Source: Candidatus Bathyarchaeota archaeon (lineage in GTDB: Archaea; Thermoproteota; Bathyarchaeia; Bathyarchaeales; Bathyarchaeaceae). From it: DNA of 64,000 nucleotides. A program made the position numbers and the translations under genes. The notes below the pieces were generated by a model, which ran no database searches, had not been told where the DNA came from, and saw only the letters and a program-made list of their open reading frames with translations. The stretch is from NCBI GenBank assembly GCA_037386545.1, contig JARRLY010000006.1, positions 24,773-88,772 of the forward strand, given 5' to 3'. Position 1 is the first letter of the stretch, and the number at the start of each line of letters is the position of its first letter. Of this stretch, positions 56,487-64,000 are shown piece by piece.

Positions 56487-56890
56487 AAGGAAGTCAACTC
56501 ATCAACTTTTAGTTGTTCATCAATTGTTGGACAGTTTAGGTGCAGGCGGTTCATTCCAAATTCGTTGAGTCTGTTGCATATTTGGTAAAGGGATTTTTCC
56601 ACACCGTTCAGCAAACTGTTTCCTTCAGGGGTTAAGGAGTATACTTTTCGAGGTCGATCGTGGGTTAGGTCCCATTGGCTTTTGATGGTACCTTTCTTTT
56701 CAAGGTCTCCCAGCAGAGGATATATTGTGCTGGGACCAAAATAGACTCCAAAGTTTTGGCGGATGTTTGTGATTACTCCATAGCCATGGAGAGATTTTTC
56801 TTTTAATAAACCTAGGACAACTAGGTCAAGCATTCCTCTAACGAGCTTGATTTCGGCTTTTCTTATTATTTGTTTGTTCATTTTTATCAA
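56483..56890 (-). CDS. PadR family transcriptional regulator
   Basis: 'LVVLGLLKEKSLHGYGV.......GPSTIYPLLGDLEKKGTIKSQW'. Confidence 0.8.
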   Translation of the reverse strand: MIKMNKQIIRKAEIKLVRGMLDLVVLGLLKEKSLHGYGVITNIRQNFGVYFGPSTIYPLLGDLEKKGTIKSQWDLTHDRPRKVYSLTPEGNSLLNGVEKSLYQICNRLNEFGMNRLHLNCPTIDEQLKVDELTSL

Positions 56891-57320
56891 TTTTCCTTGT
56901 GTAGTTATGTGTTACAGTTATACAATATGTCATTATTCAGACATATTCTTACTTCTATAACATATAAAACGACCATTTAAGGGTAAATGTGACGGTTAAC
57001 AATATTCAAGCATATCACGCCAGCAACAAAGACGATAAAAACAACATAAAAATTAAACAAAAATAACTAAAAAATCCATAAAAATGAATGGAAAATACAT
57101 AATGATGTTGTGAAAACCTGCAGCATCAATCAATATTGAAACTGTAGAACAGAAGTACTAAAAACTGCAAAAAATGGCACAAAAACCAAAAAAATCCCGC
57201 GACATGGCAAATAAACCTAAGTTATCAAACAAAACAAAGAAGTCAACAACCCAAAAACAAGAAAAAACCATTTTATCAAAGAAAAAAGGACAAAAACAAA
57301 AAAGAAGTAAAGAAGGGGAT

Positions 57321-58412
57321 CTAATCGTGTTTTAGTTCTTTTTCTAGTTCTGTTAATAGTTTTTTCTGTTTTTTAGAAAGTTTCTGTGGAGTGTTAATAA
57401 CAATATTTACGAATTGGTCTCCACTTCCCCAACCACGCAAATGTTTAACACCTTTACCTTTAAGACGAAAAACTGTTCCACTTTGGGTTCCTGACGGAAT
57501 CTTAAGTTTTGCTTCTCCATTTAAGGTAGGAACATTAATTTTTGTTCCCAAAGCAGCCTGAGGAAAACTGACCTGGGTTTCGTACAAAATGTCGTCACCC
57601 CTGCGTTCAAACAGCTTATGAGGTTTAACTCGCACAATAACATACAAGTCACCCCGTGGTCCACCTTTAATTCCAGGTCTTCCTTCTCCGCCTATACGTA
57701 GGCTGTATCCGTCTTCAAATCCTGCAGGAATATTTACTTTTATTTTGTGCCTTGCAGGAGTTGCACCAGAACCCCGACAACTTTGACACAAACTTTCAGA
57801 TGGAACCCCTCTTCCACCACATGACCCACATGGATGAACTTGAGTAAAGAACATACCACCTAAGTTCCGTTGAGACCGTACTTGTCCAGTTCCTTGACAT
57901 TCAGAACAACGACTGCTTTTGGCGTCTGGTTTGATTCCAGTCCCATTACATGCTTCACAGGAATCATAACCGTCAAATTCGATTTCTTTTTCCACACCAG
58001 AAGCAGCTTCTTCCAGAGTAATCACTACTGGGTGGTGAAGATCCTGACCTTTCTGTGGACCTCCTCTTCGGCTACCGCCGCCACCAAAAAACATGTCGAA
58101 AATGGAGCCAAATCCACCGAATCCGATGTCACGAAAAACTGAGCTGAAGTCGGTGTTTCGATAGATGTCTTCCCAGTTGTATTTACCATTGATTCCAGCA
58201 TGACCGTACTGGTCGTACTGGCTACGCTTTTCGTTGTCGGAAAGAACGGCATAGGCTTCAGAGATTTCCTTGAATTTTTCTTCAGCATTTGCATCTTTGT
58301 TTCTGTCAGGGTGATACTTCATAGCCAGTTTTCGGTATGCTTTCTTGATTTCAGGTTTTGGAGCATCCTTTGACACTCCAAGAACTTCGTAGTAATCACG
58401 TTTGTCAGTCAC
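57321..58412 (-). CDS. dnaJ: Chaperone DnaJ
   Basis: J domain 'YHPDRN', a G/F region, and four CxxCxGxG zinc-finger repeats. Confidence 0.95.
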   Translation of the reverse strand: MTDKRDYYEVLGVSKDAPKPEIKKAYRKLAMKYHPDRNKDANAEEKFKEISEAYAVLSDNEKRSQYDQYGHAGINGKYNWEDIYRNTDFSSVFRDIGFGGFGSIFDMFFGGGGSRRGGPQKGQDLHHPVVITLEEAASGVEKEIEFDGYDSCEACNGTGIKPDAKSSRCSECQGTGQVRSQRNLGGMFFTQVHPCGSCGGRGVPSESLCQSCRGSGATPARHKIKVNIPAGFEDGYSLRIGGEGRPGIKGGPRGDLYVIVRVKPHKLFERRGDDILYETQVSFPQAALGTKINVPTLNGEAKLKIPSGTQSGTVFRLKGKGVKHLRGWGSGDQFVNIVINTPQKLSKKQKKLLTELEKELKHD

Positions 58413-58445
58413 TTGATATCAGCCTAAGCCGTAACAACAGGGCGC

Positions 58446-60335
58446 TTATTCTTTATTGTCTTTTACTTCTTCATATTCGGCGTCTACAACGTTCTCTTTA
58501 GGGCCTTCAGCATTCTGCTGGGTTTGTTGACCTTGCTGTCCTTGAGCCTGTTGAGCGGCTTGCTGGGCAGCCGCGGCTTGCTGATATGCTACGGTGGCAA
58601 CTTCTTGCAATATTTTAGTTAAGGCTTCAGATTTTTCTTTGATTTTTTCAATGTCTTTGCTACTGTGGACTTCTCGCAGTTCAGCTGCTGCTTTATCTAT
58701 TTTTTCAATTTTGTCTTTTGGTATTTTATCGCCTAGATCAGATTTGGTTTTTTCTACGGTATAAAGCAGTGAGTCAGCTTCGTTGAGAACTTCGATTTCT
58801 TTTTTGCGTTTTTCGTCTTCTTCGGCGAATTGTTCGGCTTCTTTCATCATACGTTCTTTCTCGGTGTCTGAAAGTTTGGTTGAAGCAGTTATGGTGATTT
58901 TTTGTTCTTTATTAGTTGCTAAATCTTTTGCAGAAACGTTTAGGATTCCATCAGCGTCAATGTCAAAGGTTACTTCCACTTGGGGCACACCTCGAGGTGC
59001 AGGGGGAATTCCTGTTAGGTTAAACATTCCTAACGAGACGTTGTCTTTTGCCATGGCGCGTTCTCCTTGGAGGACGTTTATGGTTACAGTTGTTTGATTG
59101 TCAGCAGCAGTGGAGAAAATTTGGCTTTTCTTAGTGGGTATAGTTGTGTTTCGTTCAATTACTTTTGTGGAAACGCCACCTAGGGTTTCAACTCCAAGGG
59201 ACAAGGGAGTAACATCCAAAAGTAGAAGGTCTTTGACTTCTCCTGCCAAAACTCCTGCTTGAATTGCTGCCCCAACTGCGACACATTCCATTGGGTCTAC
59301 TCCGCGTTCTGCGGGTTTGCCCAGAAGGTCTTCCATGAATTTTCGAACCATAGGCATCCTTGTTTGTCCGCCGATGAGGACGACTTTGTCGATGTCCTTG
59401 GGTTCTAGTTTCGCGTCTCGGAGGGTTCGCATGATCGGTTCGCGGATTTTTTCCACTATAGGTCGGGTTAGTTGTTCAAGTTTAGCCCGAGTCAACGTAA
59501 CATGCAAGTGTTTAGGACCGCTATCATCAGAAGCAATAAACGGAAGGTCAATGTCAGTGGTCAACAAAGTTGAAAGCTCAATTTTGGCTTTTTCTCCAGC
59601 TTCTTTTAGTCTGCGCATTGCCATGGCGTCTTTGTTGAGGTCAATTCCGTTTTGTTTTTTGAATTCTTCTAACAGGTAATCTACAACTGCAGAGTCCAAG
59701 TTGGTTCCACCTAATTGGGTGTCTCCACTGGTTCCTAGAACTTCGAAGACTCCTCCTCCAAAGTCCATGATGGTGGTGTCGTTAGTTCCTCCACCGAAAC
59801 TGAAAACCAAGATTTTCATTTCTTTATCAGTTTTGTCCAACCCGTACGCAAGGGAGGCTGCAGTTGGTTCGTTGATTATTCGTGAAATTTCAAAGCCTGC
59901 AATTTCTCCAGCGTCTTTGGTTGCTTGGCGCTGGTTGTCGTTAAAGTGAGCAGGAACTGTGATGATGCATTTCTTGACAGGTTCTCCAAGAAAGCTTTCT
60001 GCATCCCGCTTTATTTTCTGGAGTATAAAGGCTGAAATTTGCTGAGGACTGTATTCTTTGCCGTGGAGTTTAATTTTTTCTTTTGTGCCCATTTTTCGTT
60101 TTGCTTCAAAAACTGACCCCTCAGGGTTAGTTACAGCTTGTCGTTTTGCGGGCTCTCCAACCAGCAGTTGCCCATCTTTTGTGAAGGCAACCACCGACGG
60201 AAACATTTTGCCTGCGATGGTGGGTCCCTCTGCACTGGGGATTATTACTGGTCTTCCAGCTTCCATTACGGCAGCTGCAGAGTTGGTTGTTCCTAGGTCT
60301 ATTCCTAATATTCTTTCTCGTTTTGTTTCACTCAT
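58446..60335 (-). CDS. dnaK: Chaperone DnaK (Hsp70)
   Basis: 'GIDLGTTNS', 'DLGGGTFD'-like 'SFGGGTND', and '[10 protein letters not shown]'. Start set at [15 protein letters not shown]. Confidence 0.97.
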   Translation of the reverse strand: MSETKRERILGIDLGTTNSAAAVMEAGRPVIIPSAEGPTIAGKMFPSVVAFTKDGQLLVGEPAKRQAVTNPEGSVFEAKRKMGTKEKIKLHGKEYSPQQISAFILQKIKRDAESFLGEPVKKCIITVPAHFNDNQRQATKDAGEIAGFEISRIINEPTAASLAYGLDKTDKEMKILVFSFGGGTNDTTIMDFGGGVFEVLGTSGDTQLGGTNLDSAVVDYLLEEFKKQNGIDLNKDAMAMRRLKEAGEKAKIELSTLLTTDIDLPFIASDDSGPKHLHVTLTRAKLEQLTRPIVEKIREPIMRTLRDAKLEPKDIDKVVLIGGQTRMPMVRKFMEDLLGKPAERGVDPMECVAVGAAIQAGVLAGEVKDLLLLDVTPLSLGVETLGGVSTKVIERNTTIPTKKSQIFSTAADNQTTVTINVLQGERAMAKDNVSLGMFNLTGIPPAPRGVPQVEVTFDIDADGILNVSAKDLATNKEQKITITASTKLSDTEKERMMKEAEQFAEEDEKRKKEIEVLNEADSLLYTVEKTKSDLGDKIPKDKIEKIDKAAAELREVHSSKDIEKIKEKSEALTKILQEVATVAYQQAAAAQQAAQQAQGQQGQQTQQNAEGPKENVVDAEYEEVKDNKE

Positions 60336-60915
60336 TGTGTTCACCTTTTGAATCTTCACAAGCGATTGTAACTACGCTTGGTCTGAGAACTTTGCCTTTG
60401 AAAATAAAGCCCTTGCGAGCTTCTTCAATGACTGTGCCACTTTCATGATCATTGGTGGGGATTTGCGCCAAAACTTCATGCTTATTTGGGTCAAACTGTT
60501 GCCCTAAACATTCTAAACGCTCTAATCCCTCGGTTGCCAACAAACAATCCAGTTTTTTATGAACCATCTTTATTCCATCCAACAAGGCATCCTTGTTTTC
60601 TGTTTTTTCTCCGGCAGAGATTGCGTTTTCAAAATCATCAATAACTGCAATCAGGGAAGAAACCAAGTTTTCGTTGCTACGTGTAACTGCATCTTGGACC
60701 TGTTTTTCTGTCCGCCTGCGGAAATTTTCAAAATCAGCTTGCAGATACTTTAGCTTAGTCAAGTAATCTTGAGATTTTTGTTGTTCTGCAGCTAGTTGTT
60801 TTTCTAGTTGCTTGATTTTTTGTTTTAGTTCTTTGTTATTGTTAGATTCTTCCACAGGTTTTCCACTCGATTTACTTGTTTTCTTTTTGTTTTTCATCAA
60901 CAATTTCAACTCCAA
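60328..60915 (-). CDS. grpE: Nucleotide exchange factor GrpE
   Basis: Coiled coil '[12 protein letters not shown]' and the C-terminal beta domain '[12 protein letters not shown]'. Confidence 0.9.
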   Translation of the reverse strand: MELKLLMKNKKKTSKSSGKPVEESNNNKELKQKIKQLEKQLAAEQQKSQDYLTKLKYLQADFENFRRRTEKQVQDAVTRSNENLVSSLIAVIDDFENAISAGEKTENKDALLDGIKMVHKKLDCLLATEGLERLECLGQQFDPNKHEVLAQIPTNDHESGTVIEEARKGFIFKGKVLRPSVVTIACEDSKGEHNE

Positions 60916-61573
60916 TATTAAAACTCTGTTTCAGTTTTGACAACGCCTGACGAACAACAGCTTCCCTCAAATTCAGGGACTCAGAGATGCTCTTCACGCT
61001 GATGTCATGTTCATCTAAAGTGTAACGAATAATTCTTCGAGTGTCCGGATTCTTGAACAACTCAAGAAAATGTGAAGCTTCTTTCATAGCAAAATTTCGG
61101 ATATACAACAAGATTGCCCGCTCGTTTTGAAGGGATTCAAGTTGTTTGTCAATTTCAGAAACAAGGTTAGTAAAAGGGGTTATGGTTTCGATTTGTTTTG
61201 GACGTTCTAGGGTTTTGTCCATTTTATCCATCAAAGAAGCAGAGGTATCTGAGATTTCTTCTCGTTCTGGCTCAGAGTCAAAAAATACAACTTTAGCTTT
61301 GAAAAAATGGCGGGAAACATCCAAAGTTACAGACACGTTCTTGTTTAAAGTATAAATTTTGCGTTTAGGTCCATGGGGACTGGCTTCAACTGAAGTTACC
61401 ACCATTCCGGCTTGTTCCATTACTCGTAAATGTTTTGCAACAAGCTGTTGCCCTAAGCCCAAGTCTTTTGCTAACTGAAGAGAGTAGTTTGGCTCTTCGC
61501 TGAGACGTTTTATTATGTCTCGTCGTGTGGGGTTTTCCAGAATCATTAAAAAAAGGTCTAAATCACCTTTCAT
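60872..61573 (-). CDS. Two-HTH transcriptional regulator (ArsR-like N-terminal wHTH) at the head of the grpE-dnaK-dnaJ operon
   Basis: 'NPTRRDIIKRLSEEPNYSLQLAKDLGLGQQLVAKHLRVMEQAGMV' plus a second HTH-like segment 'ISVKSISESLNLREAVVRQALSKL'. Its 3' end overlaps grpE by 44 nt. Confidence 0.7.
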   Translation of the reverse strand: MKGDLDLFLMILENPTRRDIIKRLSEEPNYSLQLAKDLGLGQQLVAKHLRVMEQAGMVVTSVEASPHGPKRKIYTLNKNVSVTLDVSRHFFKAKVVFFDSEPEREEISDTSASLMDKMDKTLERPKQIETITPFTNLVSEIDKQLESLQNERAILLYIRNFAMKEASHFLELFKNPDTRRIIRYTLDEHDISVKSISESLNLREAVVRQALSKLKQSFNIGVEIVDEKQKENK

Positions 61574-61701
61574 GGTAATGCCTCCCTTTGTCGCTTCACA
61601 TTAGGATATTGTTTCGGGGGTTTGTTGATTGACGTCTGTTACCACACACACTATACTACTTCAGGTAGTAAAGCCAGAATAGAAAACCAGTAATATAAGC
61701 G

Positions 61702-61768
61702 TTACGTAACCAAAATACTTCGTTTTATGTTTATTTTTTTAAATTGGTATTTTGGTAATTTTACGTAA
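61702..61768. promoter_or_regulatory. Large imperfect inverted repeat containing two TTACGTAA palindromes (candidate operator)
   Basis: TTACGTAACCAAAATAC (61702-61718) and GTATTTTGGTAATTTTACGTAA (61747-61768) flank a 28-nt AT-rich spacer. A third TACGTAAC is at 61921-61928. Confidence 0.4.
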
Positions 61769-62052
61769 TTTTAAACCAATTTTAAATTATGATATTTAAT
61801 TAATTGAAAAACTAAGTTGAGATAAGTGCTTAAACGTTATTATTATAATAGAGGGCCCATGTTGAAAACGGCCTTTTTTCTAAAAATTTCTAATCCTAAG
61901 GTTTCAAAATTATATAATAATACGTAACATGTTGCCTCACGATTTAATATTCAAATAATAGAGAAATATAGTAGTATGCATTGATTTGAGGGCGCGTGTG
62001 TTATGGACTCCAAATCCTTTGATATTGAAAAAACTGTAATCCAGTTGGTCAC

Positions 62053-63162
62053 ATGGCACGAGGTAAAAACGAGTTTGAAGGCGTTACTGTTCCAGCAATA
62101 AACCTCAGAACTATGACCTACGATTTAACATGTGCAATATTTCGTGTAGCCAAAAAACACAGCGCGGGTGCATTCATTTTTGAAATTGCCAAATCAGAAA
62201 TCGGGTATACGAACCAGCCCCCAGTAGAATTTGCAGCCATGGTTTTGGCCGGTGCAATAAAAGAAAACTATTCAGGACCAGTTTTTATTCAAGGGGACCA
62301 CTTCCAACTAAAAGCAGATAAGTTTAAAGAAAACCCACAAAAAGAAATTGAAGGCGTAAAAAACCTCATCAAAGACGCCATTGAAGCAGGCTTTTATAAC
62401 ATTGACATAGACTCATCTACTCTTGTTGATTTATCCAAGCCAACCCTTGCAGAGCAGCAACGGTTGAACTATGAAGTGTGTGCAAAACTTACCAAGTTTA
62501 TTCGAAGCATTGAACCCGAAGGCGTCACCGTTTCCGTAGGTGGAGAAATCGGCGAAATCGGAACCCAAAACTCTACACCCGAAGATTTGCAAGCGTACAT
62601 GAACGGCCTAGAAAAAGAACTGGGAAAAGGCGTAACTGGTATCAGCAAAATTTCAATTCAAACAGGAACAACACACGGAGGCGTTGTTTTGCCTGACGGC
62701 TCAATAGCTAAAATCAAGCTAGACTTTGAAACACTCAAAACCCTATCCGAAACTGCTCGCATAGAATACGGCATGGCAGGAGCCGTCCAACACGGAGCTT
62801 CAACGCTACCTCCCGAAGCTTTCCATAAATTTGCTGAATGTGAAACCGCAGAAGTCCACTTAGCCACAGCATTCCAAAACATAATTTACGAATCCAAACA
62901 ATTCCCTGAAGACCTAAAACAAGAAATGTACAGCTGGCTCAAAGAAAACCTCTCAAATGAACACAAAGAAGGCCAAACCGATGAACAATTCATATACAAA
63001 ACCCGTAAAAAAGCATTTGGACAATACAAAAAAGAAATCATGACATTGCCACAGCAAACCCGAACAGCCATCGCATGTGAAGTTGAAAAACAATTCGAGT
63101 TTCTGTTCAAACAACTCAATGTCTTCAACACAAAGGCTCTAGTAGACAAATACTGTAAATAA
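62053..63162 (+). CDS. Class II (metal-dependent) fructose/ketose-bisphosphate aldolase family protein
   Basis: 'VPAINLR', 'QGDH', 'IDSS', 'GGEIGEIG', 'TTHGG' and 'VQHGAST' follow the class II aldolase pattern. Confidence 0.75.
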   Translation: MARGKNEFEGVTVPAINLRTMTYDLTCAIFRVAKKHSAGAFIFEIAKSEIGYTNQPPVEFAAMVLAGAIKENYSGPVFIQGDHFQLKADKFKENPQKEIEGVKNLIKDAIEAGFYNIDIDSSTLVDLSKPTLAEQQRLNYEVCAKLTKFIRSIEPEGVTVSVGGEIGEIGTQNSTPEDLQAYMNGLEKELGKGVTGISKISIQTGTTHGGVVLPDGSIAKIKLDFETLKTLSETARIEYGMAGAVQHGASTLPPEAFHKFAECETAEVHLATAFQNIIYESKQFPEDLKQEMYSWLKENLSNEHKEGQTDEQFIYKTRKKAFGQYKKEIMTLPQQTRTAIACEVEKQFEFLFKQLNVFNTKALVDKYCK

Positions 63163-63238
63163 AAATCTTAACAAATTCCCCTCATTTCTATGGGGGAGTA
63201 TTTTAACCTAAAATCCACGCTTTTAGGTTCAATATCCA

Positions 63239-63733
63239 TCAACAGGACTGGCTAGTGGGCGGCATTTTGTAATTTTTTGTTACATTTTCTGCGTTTCCAT
63301 TCTCTAAGGCATAGACTCGTGTCAGATTCTTTTTCCAGTCTCTTTCGTACATCATTGGATCGTCAATTTTTTTCTCAGAAGGGTCCACATGAATCCACCT
63401 GTGTTGGTTGTTATCCCAAACTTCAGTCCACACGTGATCGCTCATGTCAAGAATTAACCTAGCTCGGTAGTTGTGAGTCAAACAAAGGGTCGTGAAAAGA
63501 ATGCTGAATTCTCCACACCTTCCTTTTCCAAAGTCAATGATTTCTAAAGGATTTCTGTGCCGAACAATAGGTCCTTCTGTCCACTTCACCTTTGCATGTA
63601 GCCAATCCAACAATTCACAAATAGTGTACCGCCTCTCAAAAAACCCCATCAACTCAGCATGCAATTCTTTACGTGCCAACTTGTCACTGAGTTCGGTATA
63701 CTTTTGAAGAGCTTCTTCAGTGACACACCCCAT
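63239..63733 (-). CDS. Transglutaminase-like (PNGase-type) cysteine protease fold protein
   Basis: Cys-His-Asp layout: 'GRCGEFS', 'DHVWTEV' and 'HVDPSE'. Confidence 0.75.
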   Translation of the reverse strand: MGCVTEEALQKYTELSDKLARKELHAELMGFFERRYTICELLDWLHAKVKWTEGPIVRHRNPLEIIDFGKGRCGEFSILFTTLCLTHNYRARLILDMSDHVWTEVWDNNQHRWIHVDPSEKKIDDPMMYERDWKKNLTRVYALENGNAENVTKNYKMPPTSQSC

Positions 63734-64000
63734 TTTGTCTACCCCAAATTCTGAAAATGGTTAGTTGATGTCTTTCAAAATTCTGTTAAGGCATAATTAG
63801 AAGTTAAAATTTATCCAAACAACATCTTCGAACAATGTATCGGCTTTTTTCCTTAATTGTTTCAAATTCATGTTTACAACTTAGTATTTTCCAAGAAGAC
63901 AATCCTTCTTCTATTCTTTTTTTGATATTAGGATTTGAAACTAGATGCCCTTTCCCAAAATTTAGGTCGGGTGCAAGAACAATTGTTCCTTTTGAAATGT

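Noticed and set aside
57174-57335. A 53-codon Lys-rich ORF (MAQKPKKSRDMANKPKLSNKTKKS...) in the A-rich spacer, overlapping the dnaJ 3' end.
   Set aside because: The composition is driven by poly-A-rich DNA. There is no upstream signal, and the ORF overlaps the convergent dnaJ terminus. It is probably non-coding.
62004-62060. A possible frameshift joining an upstream ATG (MDSKSFDIEKTVIQLVT...) to the aldolase ORF.
   Set aside because: The aldolase has its own ATG at 62053, and the N-terminal extension is not clearly family-like. It cannot be decided without an alignment, so the annotated ATG was kept.
1-64000. A search for CRISPR arrays, IS elements, integrases, toxin-antitoxin pairs or recognisable defence islands.
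   Set aside because: No regularly spaced direct repeats of 24-40 bp were seen, nor any transposase, integrase or Cas-like ORFs. The only tandem repeats are the coding (PDT)5 tract and the three CCCTACC units, whose ~170-nt spacing and divergent sequences do not fit CRISPR.

Overview
This is an archaeal chromosomal segment with low to moderate GC. I found no rRNA, CRISPR array, transposase or integrase. All calls rest on motifs and family consensus recalled from memory, since no searches were possible.

The backbone is housekeeping:
- aIF2-gamma and EF-2
- the conserved cluster PIN(Fcf1-like)-rpoE'-spt4-DUF359-S24e-S27ae
- an isolated uS19 gene
- tmk, thrC, a class II HMG-CoA reductase, prs, a Trm11-like methyltransferase and RNase Z
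- thpR followed by cca
- a tightly packed five-gene split glutamate synthase operon
- an HTH-grpE-dnaK-dnaJ operon

Accessory content:
- an arsenic cluster (arsC, arsR, acr3, arsM, and a second ArsR paired with a ferredoxin)
- a PadR regulator beside an ABC-2 exporter
- a 912-aa secreted PQQ-like beta-propeller protein
- a membrane-tethered wHTH protein

There are three tRNA genes:
- Glu-UUC is normal.
- Lys-UUU carries a ~16-nt insertion near the D-arm/anticodon-stem junction.
- Asp-GUC has two mismatched terminal acceptor pairs.

The most interesting signals:
1. cca is disrupted by an out-of-frame internal deletion, while 2 of 3 tRNA genes encode their own CCA.
2. Several other conserved genes are also damaged: prs, a cinA-like gene, UPF0200 and a SAMHD1-like HD protein.
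3. A tandem family of three GC-richer units ending in CCCTACC sits in the 640-bp spacer upstream of aIF2-gamma. These may be sRNA genes.
4. A 122-nt GC-rich element closed by a 12-bp inverted repeat lies next to the truncated UPF0200 gene.
5. TTACGTAA palindromes lie upstream of a double-HTH regulator that is translationally coupled to grpE-dnaK-dnaJ.

I could not identify a clear novel multi-gene system.
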